Assembly: GCA_035221665.1 (NCBI GenBank)
Contig: JAVHYY010000123.1
Coordinates: forward strand, 1 to 64,000
DNA from: Okamejei kenojei
Lineage: Eukaryota
Reading direction: 5' to 3'
Length of the DNA: 64,000 nucleotides
Part shown: positions 1 through 12,558 of the stretch, piece by piece
Numbering within the stretch: position 1 is the first letter of the stretch
How the letters are laid out: every line of letters begins with the position of its first letter
Notes under the pieces: model-generated
What the model was told of the DNA's origin: nothing
What the model saw: only the letters and a program-made list of their open reading frames with translations
Databases searched by the model: none
Program-made: the position numbers and the translations under genes

Positions 1-430
1 CCCCCTCACCCCCCCCCCCCCCTCCCCCCCTATGGGAGCACCACCCCCACCGACCCCACCCCACACCCTCCCCTGGGCACACCCCCCATCCCTACCACCC
101 CCTCCCACTCCGCCCCTGGCCCCTCCTGGGGCCCCCCCCTAACCCCACCCCCCCCACAGCACCTCTCCTGCCCCTGCCCCACACACCCCCCATACCCCCC
201 CTGACTCTCCACCTACTGCCCCCAACTGCCCCCCCCCTGGGGGAGAGTACCTGGGCGAGCCTGCACCACCCCCAACTGGCCACCCCCCCCCCCACCCACT
301 GGGGGAGAGTACAGGTAATCACAACCTGCCCAAACAACTGACATGTTACAGTGTGGGGTGGGGGAGAGTACAGGTAATCACATCTGCCCAAACACGGTGG
401 TAAGTGAGGACTAGGGGAGAGTACAGGAGA
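1..430. repeat. C-rich low-complexity tract with degenerate repeat unit (GGGGAGAGTAC ~x4)
   Basis: Long C runs; GGGAGAGTAC recurs near 241, 301, 361 and 414. Confidence 0.7.
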
Positions 431-2919
431 CACACCTGCCACAGACTCGACTGTGTAGAGTGGACAGAAAGACACTGGGATGTGAGACTGCAGCAGTCAT
501 ATCAGTTGGAGTGGGTCAGGAAGCTGCCTGAATCAGTGCATGGCAGATGTAACCAAATCGTTTCCATCCAGGGATGTGGTGGTTGTGACGACTTAGTAAC
601 TGTGGTAAAATGTTTGGCGCAGTCTTTTCAACAATCTTCTAGGCTGTGAGTAGTTCACACCAGGCCTGCTGAAGATGGATCTGTGTGCATGGGGGGAGGT
701 TTCCTGCTGGATGCGATAACTGGCCAACAAATGGAGAGAACTTAAGTTGTCTATGAGGTTGGGGGACAAATGTTGTGCATGGAGTTGGGGGAAGGGATGG
801 ATTCTGGTTCTCCGGAAACAGGCAGCTGTCTGTGCGCAAATGTGGGGGGTTGGATTCTAATGACCGGAAACAGCCTACATCATCTGCATGAAATTAACCC
901 TTCTTGACAAATGCAACCAATCTGCCCATAGCCAAACACAGTGGATATCCCAATTGTACATGGATAACAAACAACACAGTAACACTAACAATCAGGTCAA
1001 CTGGGCAACCAGTTTAAAAATGACTAAATTAGGCATCTAGATGACAATAAAAAATATAAAAAAATAGTTCTTTTCAAATTACAAAAAAGGGCAGAGTATT
1101 GGAAGCAAGACCCTGATTGTACAGCTAATGTCCTGAACACTGCTGGTAATGACAAAAACAAAGCAGGCCACACGAAACAATTAGTAAAAAATTAGCCCCC
1201 TCTCAAAATGATCTGCGAAGTGCAGTTATTACAGAGCCTTTGTATAGGAAGTGCTTACAAATGTTTATTACACTCGCCAACCAGCATGTTGTTACTGATC
1301 AACAAAATTGGTCATTATTGCCAGAAACCACCACATAAAACACACTTTGGGGAAGAAGATGATTGCCAAGTGGGAAAACTTCAGCAAAATGTTCCTTCTT
1401 CGTCGAGGAGGAATTTCTCCAAGGATCACCCGCTTTACATGTCCATGAACATTGTGAACTATTTCACCAGGTGAATCTAAACACCAGAGCACCTGTGCTA
1501 CACATTTGCCCCAAAGCATCGAGGAACTTGAAGTATACAAGTTTACGCGTGTGGAGATCACCTGGAAGCCAACACATAATGGACTCAGCATCATAAGCTT
1601 CAATTACCGTTTATGTGCTTGTCTCTTCCCATCTTTTGAGAGGAAAAGTGCCCAGCGGGGAATTCTACAGGTGACTGGCTTCTGGGGATTAGGACCAGAC
1701 AAACTAACGGGCTGCAAAAAAAAACACTTAAAGAGTTAAAAAAAGATTAAAACATGATAGTGTTATCCATCTTCTCTGAAGACAAATCATCCAGTTGGTT
1801 TTAACCACAAGCCATGACTGGACAAGGTGGTTAGAAATGCGAAGTTGAGATTTGGTTGTTATTGATGGGAAGCTTACCAATTAGCAGTTCACCTTTTGGA
1901 AATGAGGGATGGGGTCCTTCCGAGCTGTCCGAGCGATTGTGCTGAAGCATTGAACTAATCAGGTGGTGTGGAAATGAACAAGATTGGTTCAAGGCATTGT
2001 CATCAACTTTTCCATTAATCTCCTCCGCTTTGCAATCCCAGCGAGGAAAGTCAATTGATACCAATTTCCTCGCTTCTATGTGTAAAGATTAAATCACTGC
2101 TGCAAAGAACAGGCTTAATTCTGCACCTGCTTCACTGATCAAACTTTTTCCCATGACAAGGAGTATCATCAATGCATTGGTGTCCTTCAAGGCATCTTTT
2201 CTGAGTGGTGGCAGAAAATCACTATAAAAATAGAGATGAAAACGCTTTAAACTTTACCAGGAAGGCAGACGTTAAAGGTAAAGTTACATTCTAGGGGGAA
2301 TGTGCATCCAACAGGATGACAGCTCTGGAGATATCAACAAATAAACTGTTGAAAATACCAAATCCCATTGCAAAAACATTTGTTTAAAACAAGCCATGCT
2401 TGACTCTCAGCCACAGACCTTCCTCTCAAATGATTGCATCTTCTACACTGGACATTTAACAAATTTTAAATCATCACTCGTATTCCTCTGTCAATTGAGG
2501 CAATTAAATGTCTGCTTTTTTTGGTTTGAAATACTTAAGGAAAGTAAATGCTGACACTGCAGCCATCGCTGAGAGCCTGTTGTTGGGGACCAGGGGACAG
2601 GGCTCATTAGTTACGGTGGACCACCACAGTTCTCACAGCCTTCCAACACAGTTAAAACATCAGTGTCCCCAGACAACGAGACTACACTTCCCCCCAACCC
2701 AACTGCATCCAGCTCCCGGGATATCTTGCACCAAACTGGAACTGACGATTAGTTTCATGAATGACTGGTCCGGTTTTTATCCCCAAAAGGTTAATGGCAG
2801 AATTGTACCTGCCCCTGAGGGAGTTCCTGCGCGAACAGATCACGGACTTCACTGTGCGGTGTGGCTTTAAGCTGCAGCCTGACTGAGCTGCTCTGCTGGC
2901 ATGTCCGAGTGTCTCAGAG

Positions 2920-3085
2920 AGTGTGCACGTGTGTGTGTCCGAGTGCGTGTGTACGTGTGCACGCATGTGTGTGTGTGTGTGAGGTGTGTGCGCGCATGAG
3001 TGTGTGGTGGTGCGCGTGGAAGGTGGATGCGTGCTTGAGTGTGCGAGTGTTTGTGTGCGTGCGCGCATGTGTCCACGTGCACACG
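2920..3085. repeat. Degenerate (GT)n/(GC)n microsatellite in GABPB2 proximal 3' UTR
   Basis: Alternating purine-pyrimidine tract starting ~50 nt after the GABPB2 stop. Confidence 0.85.
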
Positions 3086-3135
3086 AGAAACAGGCCGTCA
3101 GCTTCAGGGAGGCCACGAAACGGGGAGGGGGGGGT

Positions 3136-3437
3136 TTATGAAGTCACTGTTTCTGTTGCCATGTCGATGGGCTGCTCCATGGTTTCTATGGTGGTCTCAG
3201 GACCCTCCACCTCTGTCGTCATGGTGATGATGGGGACTGTCCCATCCTCCGTCACCTCCTCCACCACAGTGATCTCTCTTTAACGGTTGTTGAAAGCCGG
3301 GCTAATGGCCTCCAGTCTCTATACGGTACTCCTCCGCTTCCAGCTCCTTTCTTCAGCAGCTGCTGCGGTACTCTGGGCTTCTGTGGCCTCATGGAGCTGC
3401 TTTTAGTTGCTCCCCTCATCCATACAGTCATTCACAT
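3136..3437 (-). CDS. GABPB2: GABPB2 last coding exon (leucine zipper + acidic tail); several indels in this sequence
   Basis: Acceptor TTGCAG ending 3438; pieces across frames KQLHEA..EYRQQLLKK..ELEAEEYR..RLEAI, then EITVVEEVTEDG...MATETVTS* (TAA 3138-3136); long tail fits GABPB2 rather than GABPB1. Confidence 0.8.
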
Positions 3438-4898
3438 CTGCAACACATAAGGGGAGGCAATGCAGGCGTTACTTGAAATTGGAGAAATCCGCGTTCATAC
3501 TGCTGGGTTGAAGTGCCAAAGTGATATTCGACAATATAAAATCGAGGTGCTGCCTGATTCGCTGGAGTTAACACAGGATGTCTGCAATCTTCGCTATGAG
3601 CAATGTGGTCTTATTACAACAGCCAAAAAACTAAACCAATGTAGCCACAATGGCTGACTTGTTCGGATTACATTCCCCCAAATAACCAGAATTATATGCA
3701 CACTTACTCTGAGTGCAGCAGGTAAAATGTGAAGGAAGGAGGCATACAGGGGCAAAGAGGGCGGAGCAGGAGATGGCAGAATCATTCTGTAATGCTCTGT
3801 GTATGCTCATGGTTGTTACTCAAGTCTTTCCTGCAATATTGTGAGGATATGCAGACAGCAATCCTGACCAAATGGGAGATTTTCCTGCCATTACATCTCT
3901 CCAGAACTGATAAATTCATTTTTTTAATCTGCGTCACAAACTCCCATGTAATGTTCTGGTCTTTTACTCTTCAAACACTGGTTACTGAATAAGGGGATTA
4001 ATAAAGTATTTGTTCTGTTCTGTTCTGTTACTATGGCAAGCCTTATTGAGAAGCAGTCATTTCTGGTTGCAGGACTTTGCACCTTAGTCCTAACCGAGCC
4101 TCGAGTAGCTGTAATCTACTCGGGCCTCTCCTCCCCCCCGTGTTTATCCCCAATCCATCTTCTTCCCAGCTTTGCTTTTAAGGCTTCTTTAATAAGTGCC
4201 TCAAGTGCTTTGCAACGTTGACAAGTTTCTCCAGAATTTCTCACAGGATGCATTTATTGATCACCATGTTTTTATGCTCATCATCTGATCCACCCAACAA
4301 GTGGAGATCTTACTCTGCATCTTCTCAGTCTTTTGTAAGCTTCTACAAGTTGAAAGTTTGAAGATTCAGTTCACTGCAGGAAATAATTCCTCATCCGTAA
4401 TTCCGCAGTGGCTGTAGAAGACCCATTTTATATTTCTCAGCTCTTCGTCTGAAACTTTGTAGGTTATGGAACTTTAACTGGTTCTCCAGCTGCAGTGTGG
4501 CCAATCTGTTACCTGAATCTGTGCAATCTGTTCCTGCAGCTTTGATATCTTCTTGTTAATACTTATTTATATTTTCTCTATGCTTTGCAAACTTTGTTGT
4601 TAGATGGGAACAAGAACGGCAACCCTATTTCTGTTTTACCCATTTTTAACATTCTCCTGGGATTTTTCATTTGATAGCTTGCAAATCGGATTTTGGGATT
4701 TTGAAGTTTATGACTTTTAATTTTGTAATGCCTCTTAACCTGCATCTCTTACTTTTAGATACTTAGCAAAGAGGATAGTTAGTTTAGTTTGTGGGCTCCA
4801 CTCCACCCTTGATCATTCCTGCAGAGGTTTAGCGTAATGCACCATTGGACCGTTTAAGGTGTGCACGTGTTGAGTATGGATCAAAGATTCTTCCCTAC

Positions 4899-5002
4899 CT
4901 TCTCCGAGTGATTCAGGACAGCCTCCAGACACTGCTTCCTTATTGGCATTTCTTCCGTGATGATGGTCTCCTCTTCGACATGGGACGTCGGGACAGTCAG
5001 AA
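4899..5002 (-). CDS. GABPB2: GABPB2 coding exon 6
   Basis: AG/GT bounded, 104 nt, (V)LTVPTSHVEEETIITEEMPIRKQCLEAVLNHSEK, similar to GABPB VLTVPA..EETVI.EE...KRQC. Confidence 0.88.
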
Positions 5003-5127
5003 CTGAGGAGAGCACAGGACTTGGTCAATTGTTGACCCTGATATTAGGACACCGAACAGGCAGATGTGGTCTCCATCTTCTCTTCTAGTTTTCATTAGGA
5101 CACTGATAACACCCATCCCTCACCAAA

Positions 5128-5330
5128 CAGAGGGTGGTGGGTGTATGGAACTAGCTGCCAGAGGATGTAGTTGAGGCTGGGACTATCCCAACGTTTAAGA
5201 AACATTGGCCAGGTACATGGATATGGACTGATTTGGAGGGAAATGGACCAAACGCAGGCAGATGGGACATGTTGGCCGGTGTGGGCAAGTTGGGCTTGTG
5301 CCCATGCTGTATCACTCTGACTCTATGACT
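5128..5330 (+). mobile_element. CR1-type LINE 3' end
   Basis: CAGAGGGTGGTGGGTGTATGGAAC..CTGCCAGAGG.. (QRVV..WN.LP-type motif) and CR1-like tail. Confidence 0.75.
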
Positions 5331-6280
5331 AGGTGGGACTAGTGTAGCTGGGACATGTTGACTGGTGTAGGCAAGTTGGTCTTGTTTCCGTGCTGTATCG
5401 CTCTGTGACTAGGTGGGACTAGTGTAGCTGGGACATGTTGGCCAATGTGGGCTAAAGGCCTGTTTCTGTGCTGTATCATTCTGTGACTAGGTGAGCCTAG
5501 TAGTGTCTACTGGGAAAGTTGGCTTGGTGTGGTGCTAAAGGGCCTGTTTCGCGTGCTGTATCATTCTGTGACTAGGTGAGACTAGTGTAGCTGGGACAAG
5601 TTGGCCAATGTGGGCTAAAGGGCCTGTTTCCGTGCTGTATCATTCTGTGACTAGGTGAGACTAGTGTAGCTGGGACAAGTTGGCTGGTGTGGGCTCAAAG
5701 GGCTGTGTCCGTGCTGTATCATTCTGTGACTAGGTGAGACTAGTGTAGCTGGGACAAGTTGGCTGGTGTGGGCTAAAGGGCCTGTGTCCGTGCTGTATCA
5801 TTCTGTGACTAGGTGAGACTAGTGTAGCTGGGACAAGTTGGCTGGTGTGGGCTAAAGGGCCTGTGTCCGTGCTGTATCATTCTGTGACTAGGTGAGACTA
5901 GTGTAGTGGGCAAGTTGGCAATGGGGCCTGAAGGGCCTGTTTTCCGTGCGTATCATTTGTGATGTGGACTAGGTTGGGTAGCTGGGACAAGTTGGTGGTG
6001 TGGGCTTAAAAGGGCCTGTGTCCGTGCTGTATCATTCTGTGACTAGGTGAGGACTAGTTGTAGCTGGACAAGTTGCCGCTGTGGTGGGCTAAAGGGCCTG
6101 TGTCCGTGCTGTTCATTCTGTGACTAGGTGAGAGACTCGTGTAGCTGGGGACAAGTTGGGCTGTGTTGGGCTAAAGGTCCTGTGTCGGGCTGTTCATTCT
6201 GTGACTAGGTGAGACTAGTGTAGCTGGGACAAGTTGGCTGGTGTGGGCTAAAGGGCCTGTGTCCGTGCTGTATCACTCTG
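5327..6280 (+). repeat. ~79-bp tandem repeat, ~12 copies, derived from the CR1 3' tail
   Basis: Unit GACTAGGTGAGACTAGTGTAGCTGGGACAAGTTGGCTGGTGTGGGCTAAAGGGCCTGTGTCCGTGCTGTATCATTCTGT; copies start at 5728 and 5807. Confidence 0.93.
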
Positions 6281-6327
6281 GCTCCATGTCCCACTGGCCC
6301 AGGCGGGTTGGTTCAGCTCAGACCTAC

Positions 6328-6508
6328 CTTGCTGCCCATCCTGCATGGTCACAATGAACTGCTGACCGCTGCCGAGAGCCGGCGTGAAGGATACCCAGGT
6401 GCACACCAACGTCCGTCACTATGGTGATGACCCTCTGACCTCCACTCCCTATAACCTGTTGAATTGCTGAGTCAACAGAGTCTGCGGTTACAACCTCCTC
6501 CGTCATCA
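6328..6508 (-). CDS. GABPB2: GABPB2 coding exon 5 (transactivation region); one extra base
   Basis: [33 protein letters not shown], then after a +1 shift [13 protein letters not shown]; 181 nt where phase needs 180. Confidence 0.88.
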
Positions 6509-6921
6509 CTGTGGAGGGAAACATACGTTAGTTAATGCAAAATCAGGCAATGCATGTAGCACATTCTTGGGATAGGCAACAGAGGACAACACCACCACAT
6601 TAACACAGGGTCAGCAGCTGAATATTCCCTCCTCGCACAAGAAACTAGAAGGCAAACAGCGACACACCGCTGGTCACTGGACAGCTCCCTGCAACAGCTG
6701 CAGCTTACAGACAACATGCCCCATCAGAGCTCAGCTCAGCCGGTGCTGTACACCTGGGGTTGCAAACCTTGTCATCACACAGACAAAGTTACCAAGCTGC
6801 AATTGTTGTCATCAGGAATACAACTCACCACTGGCAAACCACCATTAAATCATGGTAGACCCATCAGGGATATTTGTTAAATCACCCCTTCAAGCAGAAT
6901 CCACGAATACCTCACACTCAC

Positions 6922-7048
6922 CAGAGGTGGTTTTGGTCGATGCTGAGGTAACCAGGCTCATTACCCCTGATGGCGCAATGATGAACTGTGGTGTTGTGAC
7001 AGAGATTGTCCTCTCTGGATTTGTGTTCACTTGGTTGTGCATGGCCTC
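6922..7048 (-). CDS. GABPB2: GABPB2 coding exon 4
   Basis: AG/GTGAGT bounded, 127 nt, EAMHNQVNTNPERTISVTTPQFIIAPSGVMSLVTSASTKTTS. Confidence 0.88.
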
Positions 7049-8296
7049 CTGTGAAGGACACAAGGTGAATCATTTACAGAGTTTCATGGCCAAGGGTAGA
7101 ACCTGCACTAATGCTACAAACTCCAGCGGTGAGTAAACAATAACATCATGTGAATGGAACCCACTGCACTTCAATGGCAAACACAGAGATACGTTTCCTA
7201 TAACATGATATTGTGCTCACAAGAAACCATGTGCTATGGAACATGTTATAAAGACATTTGTACCAACGAGGAAAGGTTGTCCTGGGCTGGGGAGATGTGC
7301 ATTAGCAGAGGTTTTTATCTCCCCAATAGGAATCTCAAAAATAAATTCAATTGTAATAAATTTACTTTTGTTACAGCAATGATAAAATACTCAAGGCTGT
7401 ATGTTACATTCTCTACAGTCAATAGTGTAATAACAGTCAAACATGTCAATAGAAGTGATTGCTTGTCACAGTTTTTCCTCCTGTTTAGATCTATGACAGT
7501 TATTTTGCCAATTTTTAGTTATTTTTAAGCAGTTCTCTATTTCCCTGTCAAAAATCACATGATAACCAATTTGGCCAGCCCAAAGTAAATGGTGTTTCCC
7601 AATTCATCACTTGTATTATATTCAATTCATGTCATGGAAACACATCTTGTAGCAGAACTACCTGCACTCCACACAACCTTGTAAAGAGGCCACGAACTGT
7701 GGAATTTTGCACAGATTTAGTACAAGATAACAATTTGAAATAAATACAGGGTCAAGATTAATCCAAAGGACCCTTTGGAGCATGGAAGGAGTTCTGCAAA
7801 AAGCACGGGCTTCCTCTGGTCCTGAAACATGCAGGAAAGCAACGTGGAGTATTCATCCAGCCTGTTCAATCTTTCCTGACTGATGTAACAGCGTCTGTGA
7901 TGTGTAAATTCCCAGTTGCCTTAGACTTGAAATATAGTTTCATGTTTTGCATCTTTGAAACCATGCAGTAATTAGCAGGACAGAGATTACTGGTCAACAG
8001 GAATACAAAGGGAGAAGTTGTGGGTTGGGCATCAAATGATAACAAGACATTCGAAATCGATTCTGGGAGTGGCAAGGTTACAACCATTAGACAAAGCACG
8101 ACAACAGATTGTGTCTTCATCTGTTTTGCTCTTTCGGGTCGACAAAGGACTTGGTAGCGTCCAAGTCAAACTCCATTTGACCCACAGTCCGAACCGTGCA
8201 ATTTCCAAACTATGTGCTGTGAATTGTGACAGCGCTCTCCTAAGCAAGGTGCTAAAGGCACACAGGCCCGTGTGAGTGAAACGCATCTCTACGTAC

Positions 8297-8491
8297 CTGC
8301 AGGATCGCCACCAGCTCAGGGTTGTGCTTGTCAAGAGCGATGTCAAAGGCATTTTTATCAAATTTGCTCAAAGCGTGAACATCTGCTCCGTATTTGAGTA
8401 AAATCTCCACCACCTCGCGATGATCGTGTTCTACTGCCCAGTGCAGAGCGGTCATCTTCAGCATGTCTTTTGCATTTATGTCTGCATTGTT
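8297..8491 (-). CDS. GABPB2: GABPB2 coding exon 3 (ankyrin repeats)
   Basis: 195 nt, [65 protein letters not shown]. Confidence 0.96.
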
Positions 8492-8621
8492 CTGTTGGTA
8501 CAAAAAGGCAGCACTTTCGGAGTCAATGTACAAGACGCCTGCACCTATAAACATCTCCAAAACAGTAGCAGCAGCAATTAGGCCACACAGATTTTTAAAA
8601 TCTTTTCTATCCTCACAATTA

Positions 8622-8728
8622 TGGTCTGAGGACGGGTCTCGACCCGAAACGTCACACCCAGGGTTGGGGGTGCCTAAGTCCAGAGATGCTTCCTGACCCG
8701 CTGAGTTACTCCAGCTTTTTGAGTCTAT
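8622..8728 (+). mobile_element. Penelope-derived terminal repeat with hammerhead core
   Basis: CTGAGGA-C-GGGTCTCGACCC-GAAACGTC then AGAGATGCT..GCTGAGTTACTCCAGC. Confidence 0.7.
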
Positions 8729-9830
8729 GGCTAACTAGTTGTCATTATCTGTATGTTCTAAATATTCCAACCCAAACAAATCAACTCAAATGCCTTAAAA
8801 ATAGTCATTCAGTCAGCATTCACTGTGCTCTGAGGAAGTTTTGACTGGCAGATTTCCATTACTGTTTGTGTGATCTTGGTGGAAATATATAGTTTTTCCC
8901 TACCCTATCAGACCACCCACAGCCCCTGCATCCTTCTAAACTCAAGGAGACAAAAGTGTAATTAACCTACTATAATAATTTAATTTCTTAAACCATGATC
9001 TCTGTAGAAATTGTGCAGTACTCCCTCAAATACATCTTTTCTCAGACATGGATCAGCGACAGATCGTTGCTCAAGGATAATTTTCATGCCTTATCATTCA
9101 AATTGTCATGAATAAATGTCAAAATTCCATAAAGTTGTTTGATTTTGGTTCATATGCATAAAATGGTTAGAGTTCATGGACATGAATCTATTAATATGAA
9201 CCAGTTGCTTCGTACTTGCTAGTTGTCATAGCTGAGAGATTACAAAGTTTGGTCTCTGTCAGACCCAAAGAGCCTTCATTGTCTCTGTACCTGTACACTG
9301 CACAATGACAATAAAGTTTGAATCTGAATCTTCAGCCCATTCAAACCAGTATAACAACTTTAAACTGGACTCTCTGTAGACGTCATAATTTGATAAAATG
9401 ACTGGGATCGGCATGTTACTAAAATCAAATTGTGCAACATTGCAACATTTTGGAAACATCAGCATCACAGTGGTTAAAAGAAGGAAAAAAAAAAAAAAAA
9501 ATCGTCTCAGGTCAAAGATCCTTCTTTCGCTGATTTTCTTTTTACATGAAGTGCTAATTGTCCTCTTTCCTCCACCTATACACAAATGCAAATGGCATCT
9601 CTCCTGTTGTGCTTGTAGAATGTTCTTCTCATTTTATTGAATGAAAGGAGGTCACAGCATTGCTGAACTTTTGCCCCATGTGTTATATTATTTAGATTAC
9701 TATGCCACGGGATATGTTGCCGTTGAGCTGCTGCAGGGGAGCAAGCTTTTCATTTTTCTGTTTAGACATACGACAATAGAACACTACTCTTGCCTCTTGC
9801 CGTTCCTCAGCAATTTCTATGAGAGATTAC

Positions 9831-9998
9831 CCTGATTAGCAGTTCGACGATGCTTGCGTGGCCCTCAGCTGCTGCCATGTGTAGTGGTGTCCTGTCAACT
9901 TTGGTACGAGCGTCCCGGCTAACTCCCGCTCTGAGGAGGACTTCTGCTGTGGAGTAGTGGCCATATTGTGCTGCAAGGTGAAGAGGAGATGTTCCAAG
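9831..9998 (-). CDS. GABPB2: GABPB2 coding exon 2 (ankyrin repeats)
   Basis: 168 nt, [56 protein letters not shown]. Confidence 0.96.
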
Positions 9999-10059
9999 CT
10001 GCGAAGCAAAGACAAAGAATCATCAAGTTCCAGTTAGGAGAGATGTCCAGGAAGCCTAT

Positions 10060-10268
10060 GTTTCGACCCGAAATGTCACCCATTCCTTTTAGGCACAGAT
10101 GCTGCCTGATTCACTGAGTTACTCCAGTACTCTGTGAAACATCACCTATCCATGTTGTCCAGAGATGTTGTCTGATCCGCTGAATTACTCCAGCACTCTG
10201 TAAACGTGACCTATGCATGTTCTCCAAGATGCTGCCTGACCGGCTGAGTTACTCCAGCACTCTGTGTC
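10060..10268 (+). repeat. Three tandem partial copies of the Penelope terminal repeat
   Basis: GATGCTGCCTGA..CTGAGTTACTCCAG.ACTCTGT repeated three times at ~65-bp spacing. Confidence 0.7.
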
Positions 10269-11441
10269 CATCTCCAATGTCTCCAACATTGGAAAGGATC
10301 AATTGGGATACTTTACCGCACGGGCAATCTCACGCACACAAAGGTCCACTCTCCCTTCATCTTGGTGATCTCAACGGTTGTGCACTCAGGATTACCACTC
10401 CTTCCATGACCATGTCCCAGCCTAACAATACCGCGTGTTAGGATGCAGGCAACACTGTCAACGACAGAATTAGTACCCCCTCTCCGGATGTCTTGACAGC
10501 ATTAGAGCAGCAGTGGGGGCTGGACTGATGTGGAGACAAGTCGGAGGCAAAAGGCTATTTTCCTGCAGAGAAACTATAAACTAATTGCAACAGCCCAGTA
10601 CTTTTCAATTGTTTATCTGGTAACATTACACAAATCACACGGTGTAATCTGACTAACCGCACCTCCTTACCCTGACGATTCTCATCTCTTTAGCCCTCCA
10701 GTATTGACAGAGGAACTTCTGCCATCTTTCCCAGTTTTACTTTCCCACAACTTTAGCATCTTGCTCACACTCCTACACTAACCTAGGCTTCCCATGGGGG
10801 CGTTTTGTTAATCATAGGTGAAGGTGACTGGGTCTAGAGGGGGTCTTCTGTGATATCCTGGGACTAGGATCATTCACCACCAACAAACACAACCCTTTTT
10901 GTGTCCAGTACAACAATGGAGTGTTTTCCCCACGATTCATGCCAGAGCTCCTCGATGTCACAGTCAAGTGAAACGTTATCTTAAATGTTAGTCTCTCACT
11001 CGATTTGCTTTGAAATTCAGCTCTTTACTCCACCTTTGAGCATTGGTGAGCAGGATTAAGTGCCACAATGCTGAAAAGAGTATAAAATAGCAAAATGCAT
11101 CATTGTCCCATTCCTTGGTTGCGAGGCTATAGATTTGCAGCTGGGCCATTTTCTTCCTTTGGTCGACAGTTCAGCAACACTCCTAACTCATCAAGTTAAC
11201 TTCTCGTGCTCTGTTATTCCTGTTCTTTTTGTCTGTATTTTCCCTCCTCCCCAGTCTCAGGCCCGGACTGATCACTGCTGTATGACTGGCTCTCAGACAG
11301 ACTGCAGAGATAAAATGGCAGCTATCTACACTTCCTGTGACTAGATCTGAACTCGGTCACACAGGACTGCTCCAACGTTTAAAAACATGGACAAACATTG
11401 CTGCCCCACTCACCACAAGCCCCCATCAGAAGTCTACGTAC

Positions 11442-11549
11442 CCAATCTGTGGTGAAGGGAGCGCCATTTGCCATTAGTGTCCGGACCTCATCATCCTGCC
11501 CCTTTCGCGCTGCCTCCAACAACCTCTTTCCTAAATCCACCAGGGACAT
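11442..11549 (-). CDS. GABPB2: GABPB2 first coding exon
   Basis: CAG|ATG at 11549, 108 nt, [38 protein letters not shown] donor. Confidence 0.96.
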
Positions 11550-11855
11550 CTGTTTGTGCAGACGGGACAGAAATGTCAGAGGTCAGTCAATATCCAAACT
11601 GAGTTTCATTTGCAGATGAAATTCATCGATCAATAAACAGTTCAAGACAAAGATATGAAACTTAAAACTCTGCAATCTTCTGGGAGTGACAGGACCGTTA
11701 TTTAAGTAAACATTCTGGAGAAGCTGGGGTTGTTCTTCGAGGAGCAGTTTGAGCAGAACCAGTAGATGCATTTAAAAATCACAAAGGGACTGGGAGTAAA
11801 GTCTGAAGCAGGCCTTTTATTCTACTGTGTAATGCCAGCCTTCAGACACAGGGCA

Positions 11856-12085
11856 TCTTTAGTCAGAGTGTGGTGAATCTGTGGAATTTGTTGCCACAGA
11901 ATGCTGTGGAGTCCATGTTGGTGGATATATTTAAGGCAGAGATAGACAGATTCCTGATTAGTACATGTGTCAGGGGTTATGGGGAAAAGGCAGGTGAATG
12001 GGGTTAGGGAAAGATAGATCAGCCATGATTGAATGGAGTAGATTTGATGGGTTGAATGGCCTATTTTGCTCCTATCACTTGATTT
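11856..12085 (+). mobile_element. CR1 LINE 3' fragment
   Basis: TTTAGTCAGAGTGTGGTGAATCTGTGGAATT..GCCACAGA and a tail shared with other CR1 copies in the window. Confidence 0.8.
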
Positions 12086-12365
12086 TATGATCAAACAATC
12101 TAATTCCAGCATTTAAGCCAGGACACAGCTGAGATGCCGACGTACTCTTGTACATAAGGACAGTTAGGATAAACCTGGAAACTACTGGCCAGAAAGCCTT
12201 AAATCACTGATAGGGAATTTGTTGGAGAAGATTGAGATTGCATTAATGTTTACTTGGAAAGGTGGTGACTCATTAGGCATCAGCATGGTTTTGTGGAGGG
12301 GAGGGTGGGGGGGGAGAAGAAAAAAAAAAACTGGTCCTGGCTGACCAAATGAATATTAAAACCAT

Positions 12366-12558
12366 GGTTCTCCCCTTGACCGTGTGGGCTTTCTCCGGTT
12401 TCCTACCACGCTCCAAAGACGTACAGGTTTAAACGTTAATGTGATTGGTATAAATGTACAATTGCCCCTAGTGTGTGTAGGTTAGTGTTAATGTGCGGGG
12501 ATCACTGGTTGATGTGGACTAGGTGGACCGAAGTGCCCGTTTCCGCGCTGTATCTCTC
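12366..12558 (+). mobile_element. tRNA-derived V-SINE (HE1-like), 3' portion
   Basis: GTTCTCCCC.TGACCG.GTGGG..TTCTCCGG core and CR1-like tail GTTTCCGCGCTGTATCTC. Confidence 0.7.

Noticed and set aside
2682-3283. His/Thr- or Cys/Val-rich ORFs
   Set aside because: Microsatellite translations and antisense of the GABPB2 last exon
4180-4760. Possible degenerate L1 ORF1 fragment on the minus strand
   Set aside because: Only compositional hints; no motif I can confirm by eye
5327-6280. CRISPR-like regular array
   Set aside because: Units are head-to-tail with no unique spacers, derive from a CR1 tail, and the context is vertebrate
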